Shown here: positions 9,985 to 19,797 of the stretch, in pieces | Layout: the number at the start of each line of letters is the position of its first letter | Position numbering within the stretch: position 1 is the first letter of the stretch | Assembly (NCBI GenBank): GCA_049303675.1 | Contig: JBAQNJ010000001.1 | Coordinates: 278,994 to 342,993, forward strand | Origin: Microgenomates group bacterium | Lineage (GTDB): Bacteria; Patescibacteriota; Microgenomatia; UBA12405 | Length of the DNA: 64,000 nucleotides | Direction: 5' to 3' | The notes under the pieces: generated by a model | Databases searched by the model: none | Seen by the model: the letters and a program-made list of their open reading frames with translations, nothing else | What the model was told of the DNA's origin: nothing | Position numbers and translations under genes: made by a program

Positions 9985-10747
9985 ACAAGATCCAACCATT
10001 TTTATTGTTGCCCAAATCAATTTGAGTCCAATCAGTACTTTGTTGCAGTACCTTATACTTTTCCCCAGGTTTAATTTTTGTAACTTCAGTTCCACTACTA
10101 TTTGCGCTACTTCTGACTCTGAGCCACCCAGTTTCTGTCTCCAATATCCTCAGCATTTTTTCACCAGTTACTTCAGTTGGAGTTGGCACAGTCGTTGTCA
10201 CCGCCTGAACTTTTTCTTCAATTAAATCGGCATCAATTACCAACTGATAGCCGTTCACCATTCGAATGTATGAATTTATACTTTTGTGTCCGGGGTAGGA
10301 GATAGTTAACTTTCTGTCTCCCTCACCAATGTCTTCTAGTCGAATTGGCGAAAATCCCTTTACCTCATCATCTATCAGGACGGTCGACCGGTCAGGTCGC
10401 GAGCTCAACATAATTCCTGATTTTTTTGTATCCCCAGTTCCTTCGAAATAGAGCAAGTATCCACCATTTTGGCCATCTTCACTAAATTCACGATTAATAA
10501 CCGTATTTGCCCCGTTTTCCAGATGAACTGTTTTTATCCATTCTTGGCCATTTATCATTAGTTTAACTTTTACTTCCCCTGGCTTGAGTGTATTGCTTTT
10601 ATACGGAGTCATTCCTGCCTCTTTATCGTCTATATATACTTTTGCACTTGGGTAAGAGATTATTTCAATTCCCGATTTAGGAACACTCCAATTACATGCC
10701 GACAGTCCAAATGCCAGTGTCACCAGTATCCACAACTTCAATTTCAT
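9962..10747 (-). CDS. Lipoprotein with two PEGA-like domains and a C-terminal SH3b-like domain
   Basis: Lipobox LAFGLSAC. VYIDDKEAGMTPY and VLIDDEVKGFSPIRL are PEGA-like. WLRVRSSANSSGTEVTKIKPGEKYKV...WTQI is SH3b-like. Confidence 0.6.
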   Translation of the reverse strand: MKLKLWILVTLAFGLSACNWSVPKSGIEIISYPSAKVYIDDKEAGMTPYKSNTLKPGEVKVKLMINGQEWIKTVHLENGANTVINREFSEDGQNGGYLLYFEGTGDTKKSGIMLSSRPDRSTVLIDDEVKGFSPIRLEDIGEGDRKLTISYPGHKSINSYIRMVNGYQLVIDADLIEEKVQAVTTTVPTPTEVTGEKMLRILETETGWLRVRSSANSSGTEVTKIKPGEKYKVLQQSTDWTQIDLGNNKNGWILSKYAEIL

Positions 10748-10754
10748 AACATCA

Positions 10755-10762
10755 AGTATACT
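10755..10762. promoter_or_regulatory. Palindromic -10 element AGTATACT shared by two divergent leaderless genes
   Basis: TATACT reads on both strands. There are exactly 7 nt to the ATG at 10770 (+) and 7 nt to the ATG at 10747 (-). The intergenic region is only 22 bp. Confidence 0.55.
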
Positions 10763-10769
10763 AAATCAA

Positions 10770-11690
10770 ATGCGTCATTGGCTGATTTTTATTATTATTT
10801 CCTGTTCTTGTATTTTTTTGTCTTATTCTTACTTCTTAAATCATAAATCATATATCATATCCCCAACTGTTTATCAAAATTATATCCCGACAATCACTCC
10901 AACCCCCACACTGTCACCAACTGTGACAGTGGGCTTCGTCGGCGACCTTGGACTAGGCCGACACATCACCAGTACTGCTCGCAATAAAAATGATTTCAGT
11001 TGGAGCTTCACTCAAATTAATCCATGGCTATTGCAAAACGATTTTACCCTCGCCAATTTAGAGTCACCCATTATAACCAATTGTCCCTTAGGAAAAACCG
11101 GTACTTTTACTTTTTGTGGCGACCCAAAATTCATTCCCTACCTTACTCCATTTGTTATGAACCTCAACAATAACCATATTCTCAACTATGGTCTCGACGG
11201 TCTAAACCAGACAAAAAAATATTTACCCGACACCAGTTTTTACGACAATTTTTATATTAAAAAAGTGAATGGAATTTCTTTTGGATTTCTAGGATATGAT
11301 TTTATTACCTATCCACTCCAAGACAAACAGAAAATACTCAACGCTATAAGGTTGGCTAAACCACAGGTTGATTTTCTAGTGATATCCATTCACTGGGGTA
11401 ATGAGTATCTACCCCAACCAGAAAAATGGCGAGTAGAGTTGGCTCATCAAATGATCGATGCTGGGGCCGATTTTATTCATGGCCATCATCCTCATGTTTG
11501 GCAGGGGGTCGAGACTTACAAGGATAAATTAATTTTTTATTCTTTTGGCAACTTTATTTTTGACCAGAGTTGGTCCTACGAGACATCCCATTCCCAAATC
11601 GCCCGAGTTACTTTTGGCGACAATAAAATAAATTATGAATTATTTCCCATTGAGATCCGTTTTAACTCCCAACCCCGTCTAATACCTTGA
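10770..11690 (+). CDS. CapA/PGA_cap family metallophosphoesterase-like protein
   Basis: VGDLGLGRH, NLESPI, ISIHWGNEY, GADFIHGHHPHVWQG and YSFGNFIFDQ motifs. Confidence 0.75.
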   Translation: MRHWLIFIIISCSCIFLSYSYFLNHKSYIISPTVYQNYIPTITPTPTLSPTVTVGFVGDLGLGRHITSTARNKNDFSWSFTQINPWLLQNDFTLANLESPIITNCPLGKTGTFTFCGDPKFIPYLTPFVMNLNNNHILNYGLDGLNQTKKYLPDTSFYDNFYIKKVNGISFGFLGYDFITYPLQDKQKILNAIRLAKPQVDFLVISIHWGNEYLPQPEKWRVELAHQMIDAGADFIHGHHPHVWQGVETYKDKLIFYSFGNFIFDQSWSYETSHSQIARVTFGDNKINYELFPIEIRFNSQPRLIP

Positions 11691-12270
11691 GCACCTCAAT
11701 CGGTTTTTTCACTGTGGCCACCACTCTTTTCTCTTTTTCTTCAAAGTGCATTTTAGTTACTAGATCTTTTACAACAGCTTCCCATTCTTTGCCCACAAAA
11801 ATTAATGGCTCATGATGCCCATACTCAAATTTAGCCAGTTCCCACACCAACCCCACCTCCGCCAAAGTACCTGTCCCTCCACGAAAAACTACAAAAGCAT
11901 CGGCAATCTCCACTAGCTTGGTTACTCGCTCTTCAATATTGTTAGTTATAGTAACTTTACTGGCATACTCCATGTTTTTATTGTCATTCCCTTCATAATT
12001 ATTTGGCTCCCTCTTCGGATCTATAATCACCAATTCAACCCTTCCCCCTGCCTCTCTCGCTCCTTCAGTCGCTGCCCCCATAATTCCTGGGCCACCTCCA
12101 TTTACTATGGTATATCCATTTTCTGCCAACAATTTAGCCGTATTTCGCGCCAATTTATAAGTATGATCTTTTTCAGCTATATCAGCATCACCAAAAAATG
12201 CCACTCTCTTTATAATCTTATTTGTTTTTTGTAGCATCTTTTTTGTGAAATAGTTTAATTTTTGTATCAA
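11662..12270 (-). CDS. LOG family protein (TIGR00730 Rossmann-fold nucleotide-binding protein)
   Basis: GGGPGIMGA and PGGTGTLAE-like (RGGTGTLAEV) signatures. The start may be the internal Met at 12237. Confidence 0.8.
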   Translation of the reverse strand: MIQKLNYFTKKMLQKTNKIIKRVAFFGDADIAEKDHTYKLARNTAKLLAENGYTIVNGGGPGIMGAATEGAREAGGRVELVIIDPKREPNNYEGNDNKNMEYASKVTITNNIEERVTKLVEIADAFVVFRGGTGTLAEVGLVWELAKFEYGHHEPLIFVGKEWEAVVKDLVTKMHFEEKEKRVVATVKKPIEVLKVLDGVGS

Positions 12271-12673
12271 AACTCTTAGATTTAAATTGTTTTGGTAATA
12301 GTTCAGATAATTTTTTTATTTCAAAGTTACTATTCATATCACTAGCAATTATTTCAAAGTCACAATCATTTACCTGGCTAAATTGGGTCAAGTATTGCAG
12401 ACATGCTCCGCACGGATAAGTTATATTGTCATCGACAACACAGATTGCCTTAAAATCATAGTTTCCGTGTACTACTGCATGGTCTATTGCTGACATTTCC
12501 GCACATACCCCTAGACTAGAAATCACCCCCTCTGAGTTACACCCACCATAAATCTCATTATCACTAGTTAGTACTGCCGCCCCAAAACTATGTCCAGACT
12601 TAAAAGAGAAGGCCTTATCTCTGGCTATTTTTGCCGTCACAATTAAACTATTTATTTCTTTGGTTGTTAGCAT
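12218..12673 (-). CDS. cdd: Cytidine deaminase
   Basis: Zinc motifs CAEMSAI and PCGACLQ; size about 150 aa. Confidence 0.85.
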   Translation of the reverse strand: MLTTKEINSLIVTAKIARDKAFSFKSGHSFGAAVLTSDNEIYGGCNSEGVISSLGVCAEMSAIDHAVVHGNYDFKAICVVDDNITYPCGACLQYLTQFSQVNDCDFEIIASDMNSNFEIKKLSELLPKQFKSKSFDTKIKLFHKKDATKNK

Positions 12674-13256
12674 CCAGCAGTTTCCAATAATTAACTTCTG
12701 AGTAAATTATATCTGCTCCTGCCTCCACGATTTTTTCATAATTATCTACATCCACCCCACCATCAATTCCCACCCTATAGCCCATATCTTTTACTTTTTT
12801 TATTTTATCCAAGACTTTTCCTTCGAAATCAAAATAGCCAAAACCGGCCCTTCTTCCCATTAGCAATATTATGTCCCAATCTCCCTCAATAGTTTTTACT
12901 TCGGTATCCACATCAAATGCCAGACCTGCCTCCGCCGCCTCATTTTTGACTTTGTCCAAAAACATAGTCTTGTCACTCATCATCTCCGATTGCCCAATTA
13001 TCCTACTGGCGCCCACCTTTACACATTTATTTATCCAATTAATCGGCTCCTTGACCATTAGGTGTACATCCCACAAACTATTTTTTGTCTCAAAATCGAG
13101 CTTGCCGAGCAGTTCTAGTTCAAAAGTTTTCCCCTTTGCAAAGACACTATCGCACACATCTATCTGTATCCAGTTTGAATAATCCCGAATTTGTCTAATT
13201 CTCTCCTCCGCCTCTTCGTATTGTTTTTTTAGTCCAATTGTTGGGATAATCTGCAT
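12648..13256 (-). CDS. Ribulose-phosphate 3-epimerase family protein (divergent)
   Basis: DVHLMV, ILLMGRRAGFGYFDF and GIDGGV match the Rpe barrel. The first metal motif reads IQIDVCDSVF instead of H-x-D-x-M-D-G. Confidence 0.55.
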   Translation of the reverse strand: MQIIPTIGLKKQYEEAEERIRQIRDYSNWIQIDVCDSVFAKGKTFELELLGKLDFETKNSLWDVHLMVKEPINWINKCVKVGASRIIGQSEMMSDKTMFLDKVKNEAAEAGLAFDVDTEVKTIEGDWDIILLMGRRAGFGYFDFEGKVLDKIKKVKDMGYRVGIDGGVDVDNYEKIVEAGADIIYSEVNYWKLLDANNQRNK

Positions 13257-13270
13257 TTTATATTCTGTAG

Positions 13271-13298
13271 ACTGTTAACTGTTCACTGATAACTATTT
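13271..13298 (+). repeat. Tandem heptamer array ACTGTTA ACTGTTC ACTGATA ACTATTT
   Basis: Read directly. Intergenic between the rpe-like gene and gap, overlapping the gap stop codon. Confidence 0.8.
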
Positions 13299-14327
13299 AC
13301 AAATGTACATAGCCATCTCTATCAACCGACATGAATAGCCGTATTCGTTATCGTACCATGCTCCAATACACACCATATCATCGGCCACTACATTGGTCAT
13401 TCGAGCATCGATAATACATGATCCATTGTTACCAATAATATCCGATGACACCAATGGTTCATAAGATACTTTCACTTTTCCCACTAGTTCTGGGCTCACG
13501 CTAGCCTCTTCGAAAATAGCGTTTACTTCTTCTATGGTTGTTTTTCGGACCATCTTAAAAGTTAAATCGGAATACGAGCCACAGACTACAGGAACTCGGA
13601 TGGCCGTCCCTGCAAACCTCCCTTTTGCCTCAGGATAAGCCGCAATTACCGCCTCCGCCGCCCCAGTGGCTGTCGGGACTATATTTATTGCCGCCGCTCT
13701 TGCTCGTCTTGGGTCTTTTCCCCCACCATCAACTATATTTTGATTGGTAGTATAGGCATGAATTGTTGTCAAAGATCCTTCTTGGAACCCAATTTTTTCA
13801 TCAATCAGTTTGACAATTGGTGCCACACAATTTGTGGTACATGAACCATTGGAAATTAATTCTTCCCCTTTATATCTATTTTCATTTACTCCCAGTATGA
13901 ATACTGGAATTTTTGGATCCTTAGCCGGCGCCGATAATACCACTTTCTTTGCTCCACCTCTAATATGCCCCAACGCTTTTGTGTCATTAAATGCCCCAGT
14001 GCACTCCAACACTACTTCAGCCCCATAATCACCCCAACGAATTTTACTCGGATCCGTTTCACCGAGTAAGGGAATTACTGTTTCCCCGACTGCCAATCTT
14101 CCCAATTCTCCGCCTTTTTGTGGATCAGCTGTTTCTACCTTCATCGGCATCCTGCCATATACCGAGTCATATTTAAATTGCATAGCATAGGCCTCCGCCG
14201 GCAAGTCTCCTTTAGTATTTATCGCCACTACTTCCACATTATATTTTTCCAGTAGTATCGCCCGTAGCACCACCGTTCCAATTCTCCCAAAACCATTAAT
14301 TCCAATTTTTATTTTTTTATTTTCCAT
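13293..14327 (-). CDS. gap: Glyceraldehyde-3-phosphate dehydrogenase
   Basis: INGFGRIGT NAD-binding motif and SCTTNC active site; 344 aa. Confidence 0.95.
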   Translation of the reverse strand: MENKKIKIGINGFGRIGTVVLRAILLEKYNVEVVAINTKGDLPAEAYAMQFKYDSVYGRMPMKVETADPQKGGELGRLAVGETVIPLLGETDPSKIRWGDYGAEVVLECTGAFNDTKALGHIRGGAKKVVLSAPAKDPKIPVFILGVNENRYKGEELISNGSCTTNCVAPIVKLIDEKIGFQEGSLTTIHAYTTNQNIVDGGGKDPRRARAAAINIVPTATGAAEAVIAAYPEAKGRFAGTAIRVPVVCGSYSDLTFKMVRKTTIEEVNAIFEEASVSPELVGKVKVSYEPLVSSDIIGNNGSCIIDARMTNVVADDMVCIGAWYDNEYGYSCRLIEMAMYICK

Positions 14328-14375
14328 AATTCAATTTTATACATAATTCTTAATACTTGATACTAAATACTTTTA

Positions 14376-15434
14376 TTATTCCCATGCTACTAATTTTCCT
14401 TTTGTCAACAGTTCCAACATCATTCCACCACCAGAAGCTATCAAATCAATTTTATCCTTCATTCCCAAATTCTCAATCGATGCAGTTGTATCACCACCAG
14501 CAATTATCTTATAAGCATTTGATTCAGCCACAGCGACAGCTATCTCTTCTGTCCCTTTTTTACAATCTTCTTTTTCGAACCATCCCATCGCTCCCGCCCA
14601 GACTATCATCTTTGATTCACTAATTACTTTTTTAAATTCTTCAATATCCTCCTCGCTCAAATCAAACGTGTCCTCCCTCAACTTAGCAATTTTTATTTTT
14701 CCACTATTCACTGTTAACTGTTCACTATTAACTAAAAGCGGTAATTTACCGCCAATAAGTATGTTATCAGCGATCTTGAGGATTTCAGCAATGTGGTCCA
14801 GTTTGTCTTCCTTTGCTCCCCCTAAAATAATGGTCAAGGGACTAGTCTTTTCCTCCACCACTTTCATTATTTTATTTACCTCTTCAATAAACGCCAGTCC
14901 ATAAAATCCAGGCATCTCTTTATACAACATGTTAGACCTTTCTCTTCGGTGGGACACCGCTAGGGCATCATTCACAAAAAATTGACAAATTTCCACCAAG
15001 TTTTTCAAAAAATCACTGTCATTATTTTCTTCACCCTTCCAAAAACGTAAATTTTCCAAAAACACAATCTGATTTTTAGATATCGCCATATCTAATTTTT
15101 CAAAATTACCCACATCTTCCACAAAAATACTCTCAATCATATTTTCGCCATTTGGTTCAAGTAGCGTCATCAACTCCAAGTAGACAGGTCTAAGTGATAA
15201 CTTTGGATCATAGCCATCAGGCTTGCCCGCCGTAGCCTTGGCGTAGGTGGGTCTACCTAGTTTTCCCACAATCACTATCTTACATTTTTTATCCATCAGT
15301 AACCTTATCGTTGGAATTGACTTAGACAACCTAGCATTGTCCCTCACCATCCCCTCCATCATAGGCACGTCCAAGTCTAGTTTTAGAATTACTTTTGTTT
15401 CTGGTAATATTTCCTCAACCGATCTCAGTTTCAT
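14376..15434 (-). CDS. pgk: Phosphoglycerate kinase
   Basis: LDLDVPM...RDNARL...IPTI N-terminal motifs and GGDT..A near the C-terminus. I start at Met33 of the track ORF (MKLRSVEEIL), which removes a 32-codon extension that runs back over the 3' part of rpiB and leaves a 20-nt overlap with the rpiB 3' end. Confidence 0.9.
   Translation of the reverse strand: MKLRSVEEILPETKVILKLDLDVPMMEGMVRDNARLSKSIPTIRLLMDKKCKIVIVGKLGRPTYAKATAGKPDGYDPKLSLRPVYLELMTLLEPNGENMIESIFVEDVGNFEKLDMAISKNQIVFLENLRFWKGEENNDSDFLKNLVEICQFFVNDALAVSHRRERSNMLYKEMPGFYGLAFIEEVNKIMKVVEEKTSPLTIILGGAKEDKLDHIAEILKIADNILIGGKLPLLVNSEQLTVNSGKIKIAKLREDTFDLSEEDIEEFKKVISESKMIVWAGAMGWFEKEDCKKGTEEIAVAVAESNAYKIIAGGDTTASIENLGMKDKIDLIASGGGMMLELLTKGKLVAWE
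14703..14737 (+). repeat. Tandem heptamer array ACTATTC ACTGTTA ACTGTTC ACTATTA ACTAAAA
   Basis: Read directly. Lies inside pgk, translated as LLVNSEQLTVNSG. Confidence 0.8.
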
Positions 15435-15861
15435 ACTTTTTAATTTTATTAATTCTTCTGATATACCTCTCCTCAGATCCAAAAGTAGTTGCCAAAAACA
15501 GCGCCATAATCTTTTCGTTATCTTCCACACTTACCGAATCTGCCGACAAGCAAAGTACATTAATATCATCGTCATTTCGAGCCGCCCGCACTAGCTTCTC
15601 CGAAGTGCACAACCCAGCCCGTATTCCTTTGACCTTATTGGCCGCAATCGATGCACCAGCTCCTGAGCCACATACCAATATTCCCTTAACATTTTCCACC
15701 GCCACTTTTTCTGCCAGCTTTATGGCTATATCCGTATAATCATCATCTTTGTCGTACTCGGATGCTCCCAAATCCCTAAATTCATAATGTTCGGATTCCA
15801 ATATTTTTTTTAGTTCTTCCTTGAGTCTAAAGCCTCTATGATCGGCGCCAATATAAATCAT
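15415..15861 (-). CDS. rpiB: Ribose-5-phosphate isomerase B
   Basis: IGADHRGFRLKE and CGSGAGASIAANK motifs; 148 aa. Confidence 0.9.
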   Translation of the reverse strand: MIYIGADHRGFRLKEELKKILESEHYEFRDLGASEYDKDDDYTDIAIKLAEKVAVENVKGILVCGSGAGASIAANKVKGIRAGLCTSEKLVRAARNDDDINVLCLSADSVSVEDNEKIMALFLATTFGSEERYIRRINKIKKYETEIG

Positions 15862-15881
15862 CTATTATAATATTACCATCA

Positions 15882-16574
15882 ATGTCCACTATTTTTCTCA
15901 AAGGCCAGAAATACACTTACCAAGTATCTCGAAAAGCAATCAGCTCCATTACTCTAAAACTAAAATCCCGCCGTTGTTTTATGATGTCCGTCCCCCTATT
16001 TACTCCACAGTTCATGATCAACAACTTTTTACATGAACATACCGACTGGCTTGTCAATAATTCCTCAAAACTAACACCTCAAAAAACCCTCAGAAGGACA
16101 AAACAACTCCAAATTCTTGATAATAGTTATCAATTAATCATCACAAAAACACTGAGGGACTCCGTAGTAATATTCCATGATGAACACAAAATTTATGCAA
16201 ATACCACCTCACTGTCCAACTCTTATCTCAAAAAACTATTTGATACCAAATTTCGCCCCCTATCCTTATCTCTCATCACCCAAGAGATCTCTGATTTGTC
16301 GACTAAACATAGTTTTACTGTTGGCAAGATATCTGTCAAAAACACCACTTCTCGTTTCGGTTCTTGTTCTAGTACCAACAATCTAAATTTTAATTGGCAA
16401 ATAATATTTTTGCCCCGACCCATTTTTATCCACATTCTTCTTCACGAGTTAACTCATACAATCCATCACAATCACTCCTACAAATTTTGGGATCAATTAT
16501 CCCAGTTTGACCCAGACTGGCATTCTCATCGCCAGTATCTTCGCACCCACGCCAGTCTCCATTTTTTGATCTAA
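15882..16574 (+). CDS. DUF45/YgjP-like zinc metallohydrolase
   Basis: C-terminal HELTHTIHHNHSYKFW (HExxH followed by H) typical of the YgjP/WLM-like family. Confidence 0.7.
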   Translation: MSTIFLKGQKYTYQVSRKAISSITLKLKSRRCFMMSVPLFTPQFMINNFLHEHTDWLVNNSSKLTPQKTLRRTKQLQILDNSYQLIITKTLRDSVVIFHDEHKIYANTTSLSNSYLKKLFDTKFRPLSLSLITQEISDLSTKHSFTVGKISVKNTTSRFGSCSSTNNLNFNWQIIFLPRPIFIHILLHELTHTIHHNHSYKFWDQLSQFDPDWHSHRQYLRTHASLHFLI

Positions 16575-16887
16575 ATTACCGATTTAATCTATTCTTAATT
16601 TGCCCTTGTGTATATTTGGGCTATGATCACCCCACTTCTCCCCAATTCTGTTTTTGATTTTTTTAATCTAATTAGTCATCAATCAGATACAAAAAATCAA
16701 TCAAACAAGATTAACTATTACCGAAAAATAAATTTAGGCATACTCAAATTCGAGTCTTATATTTATCATCATCCCAGTGGTGCCAACTTACCCCGAATTT
16801 CCCTTCATTCCGGCTGGTCTCGCCACCGTCGCCATACTATAATAAAATTCAAGTTAGATCATCTTAGTTATTATTGATAACAAAAAT

Positions 16888-17808
16888 ATGAAGATAGGCT
16901 ATATCGGACTTGGCAAAATGGGTAAAAATATGGTGTTTCGTTTATTAGAACAGAGGATCGACGTTGTCGCTTGGAACAGATCTCCCCAACCAATGGTCGA
17001 AGTTGGTGCCTCTGGAGCCAATACTTCCTCAGATATTATTCATCTTATTTCCCAACTCGAAGCTCCTCGTATTATTTGGCTAATGTTGCCAGCAGGCGAT
17101 GTTACCGACCAAATTATAGATATTTTAATCCCTCTATTAAGCCCCCATGATTTAATCATTGACGGCGCCAATTCTTTTTACAAAGATACACTCAAAAGAG
17201 GTCAGTTATTATCCCAACATTCAATCCGATTTATGGACATTGGTGTTTCCGGTGGTCCGGATGGCGCTCGAAATGGTGCTTGCCTCATGGTCGGAGGAAC
17301 AAGTGAAGACTATCAATATATTTTACCAGTGATTAAGGCCGCCAGTGCCCCGCAAGCCTTTGGCCATTTTGGACCGCTCGGTTCAGGCCACTTTGCCAAA
17401 ATGGTCCACAATGGAATCGAATATGGCATGATGCAGGCCATTGCCGAGGGTGCGGCAGTACTAAAAAATAGCTCATTTGATCTGGATTTAGTTGAAATTT
17501 TTCGAGTCTATGGACTAGGTTCAGTTATTTCCTCTCGCTTAGTTGATTGGACCCGAGAAGCATTGGAAGATGATATAAATTTAGTCAATATATCCGCCAA
17601 AATAAATGCCTCTGGTGAAGGGGAGTGGACAGTTAAAACAGCTCACGAGCTAGGAATCGAAGTGCCAATTATTGAAAAGTCTTTAGATATTCGTACGGCT
17701 TCTCAAACTGAAAGCAGTGATTCACCCAATTCCTTTCGCAACAAGGTTGTTTCCGCCCAAAGAGGCAAATTCGGTCATCATCCAGTCACCAAAAGCGAAG
17801 AGGTGTAA
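16888..17808 (+). CDS. gnd: 6-phosphogluconate dehydrogenase (short, decarboxylating-type family)
   Basis: IGYIGLGKMGKNM, GVSGGPDGARNGACLMVGG and HFAKMVHNGIEYGMMQAIAEG motifs. Confidence 0.85.
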   Translation: MKIGYIGLGKMGKNMVFRLLEQRIDVVAWNRSPQPMVEVGASGANTSSDIIHLISQLEAPRIIWLMLPAGDVTDQIIDILIPLLSPHDLIIDGANSFYKDTLKRGQLLSQHSIRFMDIGVSGGPDGARNGACLMVGGTSEDYQYILPVIKAASAPQAFGHFGPLGSGHFAKMVHNGIEYGMMQAIAEGAAVLKNSSFDLDLVEIFRVYGLGSVISSRLVDWTREALEDDINLVNISAKINASGEGEWTVKTAHELGIEVPIIEKSLDIRTASQTESSDSPNSFRNKVVSAQRGKFGHHPVTKSEEV

Positions 17809-17820
17809 TATAATCTCTGT

Positions 17821-18684
17821 ATGTTCACACCCCAAAAATCAAAAACACTTTTATTTTTATTAATTTTAGTTTGGTTCCCTCTTTCGTGGTTTATTATTCA
17901 GTTACCCATCTCCCAATTTAACTCTGTCTTACAAAACGCCCCCAAGTACATCAATGAAAACTTATTAATCAAATATCCTACCGATTTAATTATCACTCTC
18001 AAGTCCGGACAAGTTTCCCTCAATCAGCCCTCACCTTATTGTCTTGTCCTAGATGATAAGTCCAATAGTGGTGTCGTTTTTGATACTGCCCTGACCGGTG
18101 CCCCAAATCCAGCCGATCTTGGTGCAAACGGTAAATATTCTCAACTTTGCACGCCTATGGGTATAATTGGCCGCCAATTTGTCCTCTATCCTGACAAAGA
18201 AAACTCCTACAAAGTTACCCAAATTAGTCCCGACCTAAATTACACCATCGACAAACCTGCCATCACCAAGTTTGTCGATCAATATTTACCCAATCTCCTC
18301 AGTTTCGCCAAGAGTGGTTACTATTTTGGTCCAATTATTCTGGCACTATTTGCCTATCTCTATTTTTTATTGATCAATACGTGGTATACCCTTGTCACCC
18401 GTTTTTTTACACGAGTTCTCAAAATTTCCACTTCGTATCCAGTCGATCAAATTTTTAACTTAACTTTATTTTTCTATACTTTTGTCTTAGCCTTTGATTG
18501 GATAATCATTGGCTACTTTGTCCACACCTTAGCTGGTTTGACCAACGTCTCCGCCATTTTCTTCCTGCGGAATACTATCGTGATTACACTGTTGTCTTTG
18601 TATTACCAAACTTCCCGTCCACCTATAGTTCCATCTCAATCCCCACTGGACAGTGGTCCGAGCCCATTACCTCCGGCAGTATAA
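17821..18684 (+). CDS. Hypothetical polytopic membrane protein
   Basis: 287 aa with several TM helices. Leaderless-type start (TATAAT + 6 nt + ATG). Confidence 0.45.
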   Translation: MFTPQKSKTLLFLLILVWFPLSWFIIQLPISQFNSVLQNAPKYINENLLIKYPTDLIITLKSGQVSLNQPSPYCLVLDDKSNSGVVFDTALTGAPNPADLGANGKYSQLCTPMGIIGRQFVLYPDKENSYKVTQISPDLNYTIDKPAITKFVDQYLPNLLSFAKSGYYFGPIILALFAYLYFLLINTWYTLVTRFFTRVLKISTSYPVDQIFNLTLFFYTFVLAFDWIIIGYFVHTLAGLTNVSAIFFLRNTIVITLLSLYYQTSRPPIVPSQSPLDSGPSPLPPAV

Positions 18685-19393
18685 AAGCATTTTTTAAATT
18701 GGGGAGTAGTTTATTATCTACAAAAAAATAATCAATTCTCCATCCCACATTTCTCAATCTGGCTTTAGTGATTTGATCCCACCAACTATAATTTTCCGGC
18801 TCTTTATTGAATTCTCTAAATGTATCCACCCAGCCATTTTCTACCAATTTGTCTATCCATCGTCTCTCTATATCCAAAAATCCCGAAGTCTTCGAATTTT
18901 CCTTGGGTCGACTCAGATCAATTTCAGTGTGGGCCGTATTCACATCTCCACAAAAAATTACCCTCTCCCCATTATCTCTCAAATTATTTATATATTTCAA
19001 AAAATATTCATAAAAATCCATTTTATATTGCAGTCGACCCTTATCTCTTTTTCCGTTAGGAAAATAGACATTGAGTAGTGTAAATTCATCATATTTGGCA
19101 ATTATTACCCGCCCCTCTCCATCCCAATCATTATCTCTATCTCCATTAATTATTACTTTTGGCTCCAGTTTGGAAAATATCCCCACTCCAGAATATCCCG
19201 CTTTTTCCGCATCATTTAGGAAGAATCTATATTCTGCCGGTGCTCCCATTGGCACTTGTTCAAATTTCGCCTTGCATTCCTGAAGACAATAAATCTCTGC
19301 CTTGTCCTTGGCTACAAACTCATACAACCCCTTTTTTATCGCTGCCCTTATCCCCGCCACGTTCCATGAGATTATTCGTATTTTTTGACTCAT
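18623..19393 (-). CDS. xth: Exodeoxyribonuclease III
   Basis: IISWNVAGIRA, LQECK, GDVNTAHTEIDL and SDHCPV motifs. Confidence 0.9.
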   Translation of the reverse strand: MSQKIRIISWNVAGIRAAIKKGLYEFVAKDKAEIYCLQECKAKFEQVPMGAPAEYRFFLNDAEKAGYSGVGIFSKLEPKVIINGDRDNDWDGEGRVIIAKYDEFTLLNVYFPNGKRDKGRLQYKMDFYEYFLKYINNLRDNGERVIFCGDVNTAHTEIDLSRPKENSKTSGFLDIERRWIDKLVENGWVDTFREFNKEPENYSWWDQITKARLRNVGWRIDYFFVDNKLLPNLKNAFILPEVMGSDHCPVGIEMEL

Positions 19394-19779
19394 ATTTTTT
19401 CGGAAAACATTAATACATAGCCACTATTGTCCTTCATTGAAAATTCTTTTGATCCGTAAAAGGTTGTATGTTTTTCAGCGACTATCTCAACTTTACCTTT
19501 TACCTTTTCATACAGCTCATCCAATCCTTCAAGCTCAATATATTGAACTACACTTCCACCAATACTTTTTGTCTTAAACTCGACAATTTCTTCTCCCATA
19601 CTTTCGGGAGTCATAAACATAAACCCAACTTCACTTTCTGGCCACATGACATTAGCCCACACTAGGTCGCCTTCCCCGACACTGTTGGTTAATTCAAAAC
19701 CCAATACACTAGTATAAAAGTCGACAGATTCTTTAATGTTCCTAACCACCAACTCTGGAGTTAATCTTTTTATTTTCAT
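19390..19779 (-). CDS. VOC (glyoxalase/bleomycin-resistance) family protein
   Basis: 129 aa with the N-terminal pattern LVVRNIKESVDFYTSVLGFEL typical of the VOC fold. Confidence 0.65.
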   Translation of the reverse strand: MKIKRLTPELVVRNIKESVDFYTSVLGFELTNSVGEGDLVWANVMWPESEVGFMFMTPESMGEEIVEFKTKSIGGSVVQYIELEGLDELYEKVKGKVEIVAEKHTTFYGSKEFSMKDNSGYVLMFSEKI

Positions 19780-19797
19780 AACAAATTATATAGTATG

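Noticed and set aside
16575-16887. 313-bp intergenic region upstream of gnd, examined for a small RNA, riboswitch or decayed gene
   Set aside because: I found only a plausible TACTATAAT promoter (about 16843) and no convincing helices, repeats or ORF remnants.
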